From Schaalia odontolytica (GTDB lineage: Bacteria > Actinomycetota > Actinomycetes > Actinomycetales > Actinomycetaceae): 32,000 nucleotides of DNA. The stretch is from contig NZ_CP040006.1 of NCBI RefSeq assembly GCF_005696695.1, positions 2,100,001 to 2,132,000 on the forward strand. The letters are read 5' to 3'. The translations under genes were made by a program, and so were the position numbers. Positions 17,958 through 27,098 of this stretch are shown here, in pieces. A model generated the notes under the pieces. That model was not told the DNA's origin. It saw nothing but the letters and a program-made list of their open reading frames with translations, and made no database searches. Each line of letters opens with the position of its first letter. Positions within the stretch are counted from its first letter, which is position 1.

Positions 17958-18072
17958 GCCCCTCCCGCTCCTCGTTGACACAACCCGGTCAGTTTTCGCT
18001 TCCTCATCGACGAGGCTGGGGCTGACTGCCGCTCGGTATCTTTCCTCTGCGTTTCAGCACCCCCACGGGGAG

Positions 18073-18112
18073 AAAAAGGGGCGAGCCCCGGAGTTTCCTC
18101 CGGGGCTCGCCC
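18073..18112 (-). terminator. Intrinsic terminator of pckG
   Basis: Perfect 15-bp stem GGGCGAGCCCCGGAG-(4-nt loop)-CTCCGGGGCTCGCCC at 18079-18112. On the minus strand it is followed by CTTTTTCTCCCC. It starts 15 nt after the pckG stop codon. Confidence 0.8.
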
Positions 18113-18127
18113 TCAGGTCCGCGTTGA

Positions 18128-19966
18128 TCAGGCCTGCTTCGCGGCGGCGATGCGCGCGCGGAACTTGGCCAGCTGCTCGGTGATGGCGGCGGGAACCTTG
18201 TCGCCGAACTGCGAGAAGTATTCCTCGGTGTCGTCCATCTCAGCGGCCCAAGCGTCGGGGTCGATCGCGAAGAGCTTCGCCCAAACGGCCTCGTCGATGT
18301 CCAGACCGTCGAGGTTGAAGTCCTCGAACTTCGGGTAGCGGCCGGTCACGCCATCGATGGCCTCGACCTCGCCGGCGGCGCGGCGAACGATCCAGTCCAG
18401 GACGCGGGCGTTGTCGCCGTAGCCGGGCCACATGAAGTTGCCCTCTTCGTCCTTACGGAACCAGTTGACCTGGTAGACGTGCGGGAACTTCTCGCCCAGC
18501 TTGTCCTGCATCTCCAGCCAGTGGCCCCAGTAGTCGGCCATGTTGTAGCCGCAGAAGGGCAGCATGGCGAAGGGGTCGTGGCGCAGCGAGCCGGCCTTGA
18601 CGTCGGTCGCAGCAGCGGTGACCTCGGAGGCCACGGAGGCGCCGATGAACACGCCGTGGGCGGGCTCGTACTGCTCGGCAACCAGCGGGACGTTGGTGGC
18701 GCGGCGGCCACCGAAGAGGATGGCGTCAATGGCGACACCCTCGGGGGCTTCCCAGTCGGGGCAGATGATGGGGCACTGCGAGGCGGGGACGGTGAAGCGG
18801 CTGTTCGGGTGAGCAGCCTTCTCGCCGGACTCGGGGGTCCAGTCGTTGCCGTGCCAGTCGATCAGGTGCGAGGGAACCTCGCCGTCGATGCCTTCCCACC
18901 ACACGTCGCCGTCGTCGGTCAGGGCGACGTTCGTGAAGATGGAGTTGGCCTTGGCGGTCTCCATGGCCATGGGGTTGGTCTTGTAGGAGGTGCCGGGGGC
19001 AACGCCGAAGAAGCCAGCCTCGGGGTTGATGGCGCGCAGGCGGCCATCCTCACCGGGACGCATCCACGCGATGTCGTCGCCGACGGTCTCGACCTTGTAG
19101 CCGGGGATCGTGGGCTGGAGCATGGCGAGGTTGGTCTTGCCACAGGCCGACGGGAAGGCGGCGGTGACGTGGAACTGCTGGCCGGTGGTCTCGCGGGTCA
19201 GGCGCAGGACGAGCATGTGCTCGGCCATCCAGCCGTCGCGGCGGGCCATCGTCGAGGCGATACGCAGGGCGAAGCACTTCTTGCCGAGCAGGGCGTTGCC
19301 GCCGTAGCCCGAACCGAAGGACCAGATCTCGTTGGTCTCGGGGAAGTGGGTGATGTACTTCTCGTCGTTGCAGGGCCAGGTGGAGTCTTCCTGACCGGGC
19401 TCGAGGGGAGCGCCGACCGAGTGAACGGCGGGAACCCACACGCGGCCCTCGTTGATGAGGTCCATGGCAGCAGCACCCATGCGGGTCATGATGCGCATGT
19501 TGACAACGACGTAGGGGGAGTCGGTGATCTCAACACCGAGCTGGGAGATGGGGCCGCCCAGGGGGCCCATGGAGAAGGGCACCACGTACATGGTGCGGCC
19601 CTTCATGGCACCCGTGAACTTCTCGCGCAGGGTGGCCTTCATTTCCTTGGGGTCGGCCCAGTGGTTCGTCGGGCCAGCGTCCTCTTCCTTCTCACAGCAG
19701 ATGAAGGTACGGGACTCAACACGCGCAACGTCGGACGGCTTGGAGCGAGCCAGGAACGAGTTGGGGCGCTTCTCCTCGTTGAGCTTGGTGAACATGCCGC
19801 TCTCGACCATCTGAGAGGTCAGGCGATCCCACTCCTCCTGGGAGCCGTCGGAGAACTCGATGGCGTCAGGCGTGGTCAGCTCAGCAATTTCAGCAACCCA
19901 CTTGATGACATCTTCGGGAGCGTTCGCCGGAGCGGCTGCACGCACGTCCTGTTCGGTCACGGACAT
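18128..19966 (-). CDS. pckG: Phosphoenolpyruvate carboxykinase (GTP)
   Basis: It carries the GTP-PEPCK signature [13 protein letters not shown] and other family blocks ([15 protein letters not shown]). The start is set to ATG 19966 (MSVTEQD...) because AGGAGG lies 5 nt upstream. The ORF track's upstream extension to 20029 is unsupported. Confidence 0.95.
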   Translation of the reverse strand: MSVTEQDVRAAAPANAPEDVIKWVAEIAELTTPDAIEFSDGSQEEWDRLTSQMVESGMFTKLNEEKRPNSFLARSKPSDVARVESRTFICCEKEEDAGPTNHWADPKEMKATLREKFTGAMKGRTMYVVPFSMGPLGGPISQLGVEITDSPYVVVNMRIMTRMGAAAMDLINEGRVWVPAVHSVGAPLEPGQEDSTWPCNDEKYITHFPETNEIWSFGSGYGGNALLGKKCFALRIASTMARRDGWMAEHMLVLRLTRETTGQQFHVTAAFPSACGKTNLAMLQPTIPGYKVETVGDDIAWMRPGEDGRLRAINPEAGFFGVAPGTSYKTNPMAMETAKANSIFTNVALTDDGDVWWEGIDGEVPSHLIDWHGNDWTPESGEKAAHPNSRFTVPASQCPIICPDWEAPEGVAIDAILFGGRRATNVPLVAEQYEPAHGVFIGASVASEVTAAATDVKAGSLRHDPFAMLPFCGYNMADYWGHWLEMQDKLGEKFPHVYQVNWFRKDEEGNFMWPGYGDNARVLDWIVRRAAGEVEAIDGVTGRYPKFEDFNLDGLDIDEAVWAKLFAIDPDAWAAEMDDTEEYFSQFGDKVPAAITEQLAKFRARIAAAKQA

Positions 19967-20337
19967 TTTGCCTCCTGAGGCATTTCGGATTGTCGAGGCC
20001 GCAGTTGCGTCCTCGATTGACAGAATCAATCATGCCGGACCCCTCACCCGCGCTTGCGGGAGCTTGGTCCCGGTCACACCTCAATCGTAGTCGAACAAGT
20101 CACACACCGCCCGACTGATAGGGACCTTCAACCCACCCACAAGGGCCTTTATGAACGCCCCACCCCGCCCCGACCTCGTGAATGCGACGGAAGTCGTCCA
20201 ATCACCCACCACCGTGAGATAGAACACCCAATATGGGGTCACAATTCCATCTCTGAACTTGAAGTCTCACCACCCCATGACCGACGATTACACGTAGCAC
20301 AACAGTGCTGTTCACCATTGGAAGGACCGAATACACC

Positions 20338-20970
20338 ATGGGACTCCGTTCTAAGACCCAAGGCCCTGACTTTTTTGAAGATCTGACTTCTCAGGCCCGC
20401 CAGCTCGTGCAGGCCGTCGAGTTCCTCTCGCACATCTACGCCGCCTCCCCCGAAGAGCGCATCGCCCTGCGCGATCAGCTCCACGAGGTTGAGCACCGCG
20501 GTGACGAGCTGAACCACGCGATCGTTCAGCGCATCAACTCCTCGTTCATCACGCCTTTCGACCGCGAGGATCTGCAGTCGCTGGCGTCGCACCTGGACGA
20601 CTGCCTCGACTTCATCGATGAGGCCGGCGACCTCCTGGTCGTCTACGGCATCGCCGACATCCCCACTTCCCTGGTCTCCCTGCTCAACGAGCAGATCGCG
20701 GTCATCGAGCACTGCGCGGCGCTGACCGCCGAGAACATGCCCAAGCTCAAGTCGCCCGTGGACATGCGCGACTACTGGATCGAAGTCAACCGCCTCGAGA
20801 ACGAGGGCGACCTGGCCTACCGCCGCACCCTGACGGCCCTCTTCGACTCGGGCCTCGACCCGGTCACGATCATCAAGCTCAAGGACATCGTCCAGGGCCT
20901 CGAGTCCTGCGCCGACGCGTTCGAGGAGCTGGCCAACGTCATCGAGTCCCTCGCACTGAAGGAATCCTGA
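20338..20970 (+). CDS. DUF47 / PhoU-like phosphate-transport accessory protein
   Basis: The N-terminus MGLRSKTQGPDFFEDLTSQARQLV and the blocks EHRGDELNHAI...FITPFDREDL and ENEGDLAYRR are typical of the DUF47 (YkaA-like) partners of Pit. The gene lies immediately upstream of pit. Confidence 0.85.
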   Translation: MGLRSKTQGPDFFEDLTSQARQLVQAVEFLSHIYAASPEERIALRDQLHEVEHRGDELNHAIVQRINSSFITPFDREDLQSLASHLDDCLDFIDEAGDLLVVYGIADIPTSLVSLLNEQIAVIEHCAALTAENMPKLKSPVDMRDYWIEVNRLENEGDLAYRRTLTALFDSGLDPVTIIKLKDIVQGLESCADAFEELANVIESLALKES

Positions 20971-20973
20971 GCC

Positions 20974-22038
20974 GTGGATCTGAATCTGATCCTCGTCTGC
21001 GTCGTCATCGCCGTCGCGCTGTTCTTCAGCTACACCAACGGCTTCCACGACGCGGCGAACGCGATCGCGACCTCCGTGTCGACGCGCGCGTGGACTCCTC
21101 GCGCGGCGCTCCTCATGGCCGCAACGATGAACGTCATCGGCGCCATGATGGGCACGGCCGTCGCCAAGACGGTCGGTAAAGGCATCATTTCGATCAGCGA
21201 CTACGCAGAGTCTCCCCTCCCGGAGATGCAGCAAAAAGGCCTGGTCATCATCCTGGCGGCCCTGCTGGGCGCCTGCATCTGGAACCTGATCACCTGGTGG
21301 TTCGGACTCCCCTCGTCCTCCTCGCACGCCCTGATCGGCGGCATGGTGGGCGCGGGCCTCATGAGCGGCACGGTCGTGTACTGGTGGGGCATCATGAGCC
21401 ACGTCGTGATCCCCATGTTCGCCTCCCCCATCATCGGTTTCGTCATCGGCTACATCGCCATGAAGATCGTACTGTGGGCACTGCGCAAGGCACAGTATCA
21501 CCGCACGATGCGCCGCTTCCGCGCCGCGCAGCGCTTCTCGTCGGCGGCTATGGCCCTGGGCCACGGCATCCAGGACGCGCAGAAGACGATGGGCATCATC
21601 GTCATGGCGCTGCTGGCTGGCGGTTACGGCGAGACCCACAACATCCTCGATCCCATCACGGGCGAGATGAACGTGCCGCTGTGGGTCAAGGTGTCGGGCG
21701 CTCTGGCGATTTCGCTGGGCACGATGGCCGGCGGCGGACGCATCATGCGTACGATCGGCCGTAAGATCATCGACCTGGATCCGGCTCGCGGCTTCACGGC
21801 CGAGGCCGTGTCTGCCTCGATCCTGTACCTGTGCTCCTACGTCATTCACGCCCCCATCTCGACGACGCAGGTCGTGTCGACGGCGATCATGGGTGTGGGT
21901 TGCACGAAGCGTTTCTCGGCGGTTCGCTGGGGCGTCGCGGGCAACATCGTCATCGCGTGGTTCCTCACCCTGCCGGCCGCCGCCCTGGTGTCGGGCATCG
22001 TGTACCTCCTCGTGGCGCTGCCTCTGGGAGTTCACTGA
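20974..22038 (+). CDS. pit: Inorganic phosphate transporter, PiT family
   Basis: The PiT signature NGFHDAANAIATSVSTRA is present, repeated in the C-terminal half as GHGIQDAQKTMG. The protein is polytopic, 354 aa. Confidence 0.93.
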   Translation: MDLNLILVCVVIAVALFFSYTNGFHDAANAIATSVSTRAWTPRAALLMAATMNVIGAMMGTAVAKTVGKGIISISDYAESPLPEMQQKGLVIILAALLGACIWNLITWWFGLPSSSSHALIGGMVGAGLMSGTVVYWWGIMSHVVIPMFASPIIGFVIGYIAMKIVLWALRKAQYHRTMRRFRAAQRFSSAAMALGHGIQDAQKTMGIIVMALLAGGYGETHNILDPITGEMNVPLWVKVSGALAISLGTMAGGGRIMRTIGRKIIDLDPARGFTAEAVSASILYLCSYVIHAPISTTQVVSTAIMGVGCTKRFSAVRWGVAGNIVIAWFLTLPAAALVSGIVYLLVALPLGVH

Positions 22039-22475
22039 TGCGTGGTCGTCTCGTCGTGACGGCTGCGGTCGCCGTTCTTGCCGCCGCCCCGCTCGCGGCA
22101 TGCTCGGATTCGTCCGTCATGCACATGCGGGTCGGGCAGTGCATCCTCCTGCCGGAGGATAAGAGCGCGACCACGGCGACGACGATCGATAAGACCAGCT
22201 GCACGCGCGAGCACGACGCTGAGGTCTTCGCCTTGGCGTCCGCGCCGGACGGTGATTTCCCGGGCGCCGAGGCGCTCAACCGGCAGGCCGAGACCGAGTG
22301 CATTTCCGCGTTCGACGCGTACGTGGGGTCGGATTACCTGACCTCGTCTCTCGACGCGACGTGGATGATCCCGACGAAGGATTCGTGGGCGCAAAACGAT
22401 CGATCGATCGTGTGCCTGGCGCGTCCGCTGGATCATTCGAAGCTCACCTCGTCGGTGAAGGAGTCGGGCCTGTAG
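22038..22475 (+). CDS. Lipoprotein with a septum-formation-type Cys-rich domain
   Basis: The ATG overlaps the pit stop codon (TGATG). The lipobox is VLAAAPLAAC. The spacing C..C.REHDAEV....C...F..Y....W...DR.IVC matches the 'septum formation family' pattern from memory. Confidence 0.7.
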   Translation: MRGRLVVTAAVAVLAAAPLAACSDSSVMHMRVGQCILLPEDKSATTATTIDKTSCTREHDAEVFALASAPDGDFPGAEALNRQAETECISAFDAYVGSDYLTSSLDATWMIPTKDSWAQNDRSIVCLARPLDHSKLTSSVKESGL

Positions 22476-22498
22476 GGTCCGTCGAGCCTCCGAACGTC

Positions 22499-22545
22499 AT
22501 CGGGTGGTGTGTGGCCTGGGGCCACGCACCACCCGATACTTTTGC
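22499..22545 (+). terminator. Intrinsic terminator of the DUF47-pit-lipoprotein operon
   Basis: An 18-bp stem (22499-22516 with 22520-22537, one G-U pair) is followed by ACTTTTGCGTT. It starts 24 nt after the stop codon. Confidence 0.7.
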
Positions 22546-22657
22546 GTTCTATCTACTGCGAATGCGACCGATGCGGATCACGCTTTGTCGAAGGCTGTTC
22601 TTCCACACAGCTGCCTCGCGGATCGAGTGGAGGCGGTTCGGCTTGTGCCGGGCCGCC

Positions 22658-23917
22658 TCAGTGCTTCTTGGAGGCCTTGCGCGCGTGGGCTGCGGGGTCC
22701 TTCGTGGTGACGCCGTGCGTTTCGAGGGCGGCGACCGTCAGGGCATCACCGGCGTGTTCGACGTGGGCGACGAGGACCTGACCGTGCCTCAGGCGCGGCG
22801 CCTCGGCGCCGGCGACGGGAGCCGACGCGTAGGCGCGGATCTCTTCGATGATGGCGTCGCGAGCCGTTCCCGCGACCGACAGGACCGTGGGGGACGCGTG
22901 CTCGCGCAGGCGCTCGGCCGCGAAGGCCCGGACACGTCCAAGACGCGCCTCAGTGTCGACCTGCGCATCCGAGCCGCAGGCGGTCAGGTCGAGTGACTCG
23001 ACGAGCGTCACCGAGCCCCCGCCCATCGACGCCCACGGGGTGAGGCTCTGTCGCGAGCGGGCGGCCGGCGACGCGAACGCGCGGGCCACACCGAAGCTCG
23101 AGAGCAGATCGATGAGGTCGAACGCCTGCCGCACGCCGAAGCGGCTGAGCGGCGGATCGACAGCTTCCGGTGCGGTCTCAACCTTCTTCGCCGAGGCCTG
23201 CTCCACCTGGGCGGCCCTCCTAGCCGCAGCGGAAGCCACCATCGCGGGGGTCGGCGCGGGGCGAGGCTTAGAAGGAGCCGCTGCCTCAGCAGGTGCCGCG
23301 GAACCGCCGGCAGAAGCGGAAGGAGAGGCGGCCGCGTGGGCATCCCCGGCCTCGTCGAGGCGCGGGGTGAGGCCCTGCCCCGGACGCAGGACGAGGAGAG
23401 TCGTGGTCACAAGGCGGCCCTCGCGGGCGCGGGCGACGATGTCGGCGAGGAGGCGGCGATCGCCTCGGCGCGTGAGCATGTCGGCGGCGCGCTCGGGCGA
23501 GGTCCACGCGGTCTGGTCGATTTCGGTGCGCGGGGCGCGCGCGACGGGGGCGCGCAGGCGCTCTGAGGCGTGACCCGCAGGGACGGGGGTGCCCACCCAG
23601 TAGTGGACTTCCTTCGTCTGTCCACCGCCCAGGCGGTAGCGCTGGGTCGTCAGGGGCGCGCCGAGCGTGATGATCTGGCCGGTTTCCTCCTCGACTTCGC
23701 GCACGGCGGCGGCAACGAGGGATTCACCGTTTTCGGTCTTGCCCTTGGGCCAGGACCAGTCGTGGTAGCGCGGCCGGTGGACCATCAGGACTTCGATGTC
23801 CGCGGGGTCGATGGGCTCGCCGGGGACGGCGACGCGCTCGGGGTCCGTGAAGCGCCAGACGAGTGCGCCCGCAGAGCGAACGAGTCGCTGGGGACGGGGG
23901 GCTGGCATCGGACGCAT
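22658..23917 (-). CDS. MutT1-like Nudix hydrolase fused to a degenerate histidine-phosphatase-like domain
   Basis: The Nudix box GKTENGESLVAAAVREVEEETG is intact. The C-terminal half aligns by eye with the SixA/MutT1 C-terminal domain (PLSRFGVRQAFDLIDLLSSFGVARAFASPAARSRQS), but it has LLVLRPGQG where RHG is expected. The start is set to ATG 23917 (MRPMPAP...) because the minus strand reads TACCCT-7 nt-ATG, a leaderless-type layout. The ORF is open to 23992. Confidence 0.75.
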   Translation of the reverse strand: MRPMPAPRPQRLVRSAGALVWRFTDPERVAVPGEPIDPADIEVLMVHRPRYHDWSWPKGKTENGESLVAAAVREVEEETGQIITLGAPLTTQRYRLGGGQTKEVHYWVGTPVPAGHASERLRAPVARAPRTEIDQTAWTSPERAADMLTRRGDRRLLADIVARAREGRLVTTTLLVLRPGQGLTPRLDEAGDAHAAASPSASAGGSAAPAEAAAPSKPRPAPTPAMVASAAARRAAQVEQASAKKVETAPEAVDPPLSRFGVRQAFDLIDLLSSFGVARAFASPAARSRQSLTPWASMGGGSVTLVESLDLTACGSDAQVDTEARLGRVRAFAAERLREHASPTVLSVAGTARDAIIEEIRAYASAPVAGAEAPRLRHGQVLVAHVEHAGDALTVAALETHGVTTKDPAAHARKASKKH

Positions 23918-24042
23918 AGGGACAAGGGTAGTCGCCCGCGCGCGCCCGTGCCCTGGTGGGCGCGCCACGTCACCCCGGTTTGGGCCTTCCACGAGGCCGT
24001 CCAGGGGACGCCGGGAGCAGCCCGGGCGCTACCGACGCGGGC

Positions 24043-24672
24043 TCAGTCGAGGGTGCCGACGGCCGCCTCGCGCGCGGCGACGTCGAGCTCGTCGGCGGTG
24101 ACCAGCAGCGCGGAGTGGCGCATGGTGACGCGGTGGGCGAGCGGGTCGGCGGGGTCTTCGATCCACAGGGCCCCGGCCTCACCGGCGGCGAGCACGCGCA
24201 TGGCCCGCGAGGCCTCGCCCAGCACGTATTCGAGGTCGTCGTCGGTCAGGTCGCCGCGCAGCAGCGAGTCGACCTCCTCCATGATGAGGCTCAGGGGCCG
24301 CAGCTCGACGGGGGCCTCGAGGCCCTGGATGATGGGCGCGCGCGAGCCCTCGGCGTAGCGCTCAGCCACCAGGAGAGGGTCGCGGTGGTACCACTCGTGC
24401 AGCAGGTAGACGCGCCACAGCGCACCAGGGAGGGTGAACTCGGGGCTGCGCGACCACACGTGCGCGATCGTGTCGACGCCGCTGGTGCGTACGGTCTCGC
24501 GCAGGCGCGCGACGTCGGCGTCGGTGAAGGTCTCGTCGCCCACGCCCATGAGGGCCCATGCGGCGGTGTGGGCGACGGCGGCGCTGGCCGCGGGGTCTTC
24601 GTCGCCGATAATGGCGTCAGCCCTGGCGGCGTCGAGCATGGCGGGGCGTCGCGGCATCTTCGATTGGGCCAT
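24043..24672 (-). CDS. Conserved-looking acidic hypothetical protein
   Basis: 209 aa. AGGAGGAAG lies upstream of the ATG and third-position GC is high. I do not recognise any motif. Confidence 0.6.
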   Translation of the reverse strand: MAQSKMPRRPAMLDAARADAIIGDEDPAASAAVAHTAAWALMGVGDETFTDADVARLRETVRTSGVDTIAHVWSRSPEFTLPGALWRVYLLHEWYHRDPLLVAERYAEGSRAPIIQGLEAPVELRPLSLIMEEVDSLLRGDLTDDDLEYVLGEASRAMRVLAAGEAGALWIEDPADPLAHRVTMRHSALLVTADELDVAAREAAVGTLD

Positions 24673-24703
24673 GGGGACTTCTTCCTCCTACAATGGGGCT
24701 GCT

Positions 24704-24775
24704 GGGCCTATAGCTCAATGGTAGAGCAGCGGACTTTTAATCCGTAGGTTGGGGGTTCGAGTCCCCCTGGGCCTA
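24704..24775 (+). tRNA. tRNA-Lys (anticodon UUU)
   Basis: I folded a cloverleaf by hand. Acceptor GGGCCTA/TGGGCCT. D arm GCTC-AATGGTA-GAGC. Anticodon arm GCGGA-CTTTTAA-TCCGT. Variable loop AGGTT. T arm GGGGG-TTCGAGT-CCCCC. Discriminator A. No CCA is encoded. Confidence 0.85.
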
Positions 24776-24844
24776 CTGGTCGCCTCGGAATTTTCCGGGG
24801 CGTTCACGCTATCTGCGGGCGCGCGCCCGCGTTGGAGGTGCAGC

Positions 24845-26959
24845 ATGGATCCTCGTCTTTCTCGCGCGTACGGCGCCCTGGCCGGCCTTGCGCTCGGCGA
24901 CGCGCTGGGTATGCCGACGCAGGCGATGTCCCCTGAGCAGATCCGCGCGGTGTACGGGCGCATCACCGGCCTCGTCGACGGGGACGCCTCCCAGCCCTAC
25001 GCGCCGGGGATGCCGGCGGGGTCGGTCACGGATGACACGGAACAGGCTCTGCTGATTGCGTCCCTCCTGGTACGAGGCCGGGGCTCGTCCTCGGGTCGCG
25101 TTACCCTCAATGCGGTCGAGTTCGCCCACGCCCTGCTGGCCTGGGAGGATTCGATGATCGAGCGCGGCTCGCTCGACCTGCTGGGACCCTCCACGAAGGC
25201 AGCTCTCGAGCGCGTGCGCGCGGGCGAGGACCCGCTGACCGTGGGCGGCGAGGGCACCACGAACGGCGCGGCGATGCGCGTTACCCCGATCGGTATTGCG
25301 GTCTCAACGGAGGATCCGGAGGCCTTCGCCGAGGCCGTGTGGTCGTCGTGCCGGGTCACGCACGCGACGCGACAGGGCTTCCAGTCGGCTGCCCTTGTGG
25401 CGGCGGCCGTGTCCATGGGGATCGACGCGGCGCGCTCACCTTCCCTGGACCTGAGGAGCCTACTGTGGAAGGCCCTCACCTACGTCGATTCCCTCCCCGA
25501 TCGCGGCGCGTGGACCCCAGACCCGGACGTCGTTGACGCGACGCGCAGGGCCATGCAGCTGGCCGTCAACCCCGCCTCGTCATCCCTGGAATGCCTCGTT
25601 GAGCAGGTGGGAACGTCCGTGGCCTCGGCCCACGCGATCCCCATGGCCTTCGCGCTGCTCGCACGCGATCCCTCCCCGCAGGCCCTCCTGGACGCAGCTA
25701 ACATCGGCGGGGACACCGACACGATCGGCGCGATCGCGGGCGCGATCCTGGGTGCAACCCTCGGGGTCGAGGTTCTCCCCACAGACAGCCTCTCGAAGAT
25801 CGAGGAGGTCTCCCACCTCGGCCTGCCCACCGTCGCCAGAGAACTCTTGGAGCTGCGCGATCAGGCGATTGTCGGGCGCCAGGAGGAGGCTCCCACGGAT
25901 GCGTCGTCAGCTGCCGATCCCGACGCTGGCGCGTCTCCCGAGGAGCCAACCCCCACCTCGTCGCCAGCCTCCCCCGCGGGCCGCGTTGTCCTCATGGGCC
26001 AAATCCTCGTGGACCTCGCCGTTCGTGGCGAAGCTCTGCCCTCGCCCGGTGGCGACGTGTGGGCCATCGACGAGGGAATGCACGTTGGCGGCGGCTTCAA
26101 CGCCCTCGTGGCGGCGCGGCGCATGGGGGCCGAGGCCGTCTCCCTCAGCCCGATCGGCGAGGGCCCCTACTCCTCGCTCATTCAGGCGGCGCTGACGCGC
26201 GAGGGGATCACAGACCTCGGGCCTCGGGTCACGGGCATTGACAACGGGTTCTGCATCGCGTTCACGGACCGCACGGGCGAGCGCACCTTCATCTCCACCA
26301 AGGGCGCCGAGACGATGGCACCCTCGAGCGCATGGGCTGACTTCGTGCGCACGATGCACCCGGGCGACGTGCTCTACGTCGACGGTTATCTCATGGACCA
26401 CCCCGCAAACCGCGAGGCCGCGGAGGCGGCGCTGCGTACCCTCCCCGAGGGTGTGCACGTCGTCCTGGATGTCTCCCCCGTCATCGGGATCCCGGAGGGG
26501 CTACCCTCTGACGACGTCATCGTCTCGATGAACCACAGGGAGGCTCAGGAGGTCGCTCACCAGAGAGGCGATGCGAGCCTTCGCAACCGATGCGACCAGC
26601 CTCGCGAAGCGGCGCGAGCGATGCTCACCGTGCTGGATCGTCCCGTTCTCGTGCGCGCGGGAGCCGAGGGCGCATACTTTGTGCGGCCCGCCGGAACAGC
26701 ACCGAATACCCGCAATGAGGACGTGATCCATGTCCCGACGCCTCACGTCGAGGCGATCGACACGAACGGCGCGGGCGACGCCCACTCGGGTGTCCTGGCA
26801 GCCTCCCTCGCTCAGGGCATTCCCACCGACCAGGCACTCATCCTCGCCAACTGCGCAGGCGCACTGTCCACGACAGCCATCGGCCCGGCCTCGTGCCCCA
26901 CGCGCGAGGAGATCGAGGCCACGGCGGACGCGCTGGAGGCGAGCAACGACGAGGAGTGA
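24845..26959 (+). CDS. Fusion protein: ADP-ribosylglycohydrolase-family domain plus PfkB-family carbohydrate/nucleoside kinase domain
   Basis: The ARH domain shows LAGLALGDALGMPTQ, SVTDDTEQALL and IGGDTDTIGAIAGAILGA. A Pro/Ser/Ala linker follows at about aa 350-385. The PfkB domain shows GGGFNALVAARRMGA and the signature DTNGAGDAHSGVLAASL. The start is set to ATG 24845 (GGAGGTG 5 nt upstream). The ORF track start at 24749 lies inside the tRNA. Confidence 0.85.
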   Translation: MDPRLSRAYGALAGLALGDALGMPTQAMSPEQIRAVYGRITGLVDGDASQPYAPGMPAGSVTDDTEQALLIASLLVRGRGSSSGRVTLNAVEFAHALLAWEDSMIERGSLDLLGPSTKAALERVRAGEDPLTVGGEGTTNGAAMRVTPIGIAVSTEDPEAFAEAVWSSCRVTHATRQGFQSAALVAAAVSMGIDAARSPSLDLRSLLWKALTYVDSLPDRGAWTPDPDVVDATRRAMQLAVNPASSSLECLVEQVGTSVASAHAIPMAFALLARDPSPQALLDAANIGGDTDTIGAIAGAILGATLGVEVLPTDSLSKIEEVSHLGLPTVARELLELRDQAIVGRQEEAPTDASSAADPDAGASPEEPTPTSSPASPAGRVVLMGQILVDLAVRGEALPSPGGDVWAIDEGMHVGGGFNALVAARRMGAEAVSLSPIGEGPYSSLIQAALTREGITDLGPRVTGIDNGFCIAFTDRTGERTFISTKGAETMAPSSAWADFVRTMHPGDVLYVDGYLMDHPANREAAEAALRTLPEGVHVVLDVSPVIGIPEGLPSDDVIVSMNHREAQEVAHQRGDASLRNRCDQPREAARAMLTVLDRPVLVRAGAEGAYFVRPAGTAPNTRNEDVIHVPTPHVEAIDTNGAGDAHSGVLAASLAQGIPTDQALILANCAGALSTTAIGPASCPTREEIEATADALEASNDEE

Positions 26960-27098
26960 GCGCGGTCGAGGCGTTCGCGCGGCAGGCACACTGCACGCCT
27001 GAGCACATGTACGCACGTCAGCGCCCGCGGCGTGCGAGATGCGTCAAATATTCAACCGGATCGTCTATTTCATACACCCACGGGTACACAATTACCCC

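Noticed and set aside
24749-24844. Upstream extension of the ARH-PfkB ORF starting at GTG 24749
   Set aside because: The extension starts inside the tRNA-Lys gene. ATG 24845 has a GGAGGTG Shine-Dalgarno sequence and begins the conserved ARH N-terminus.
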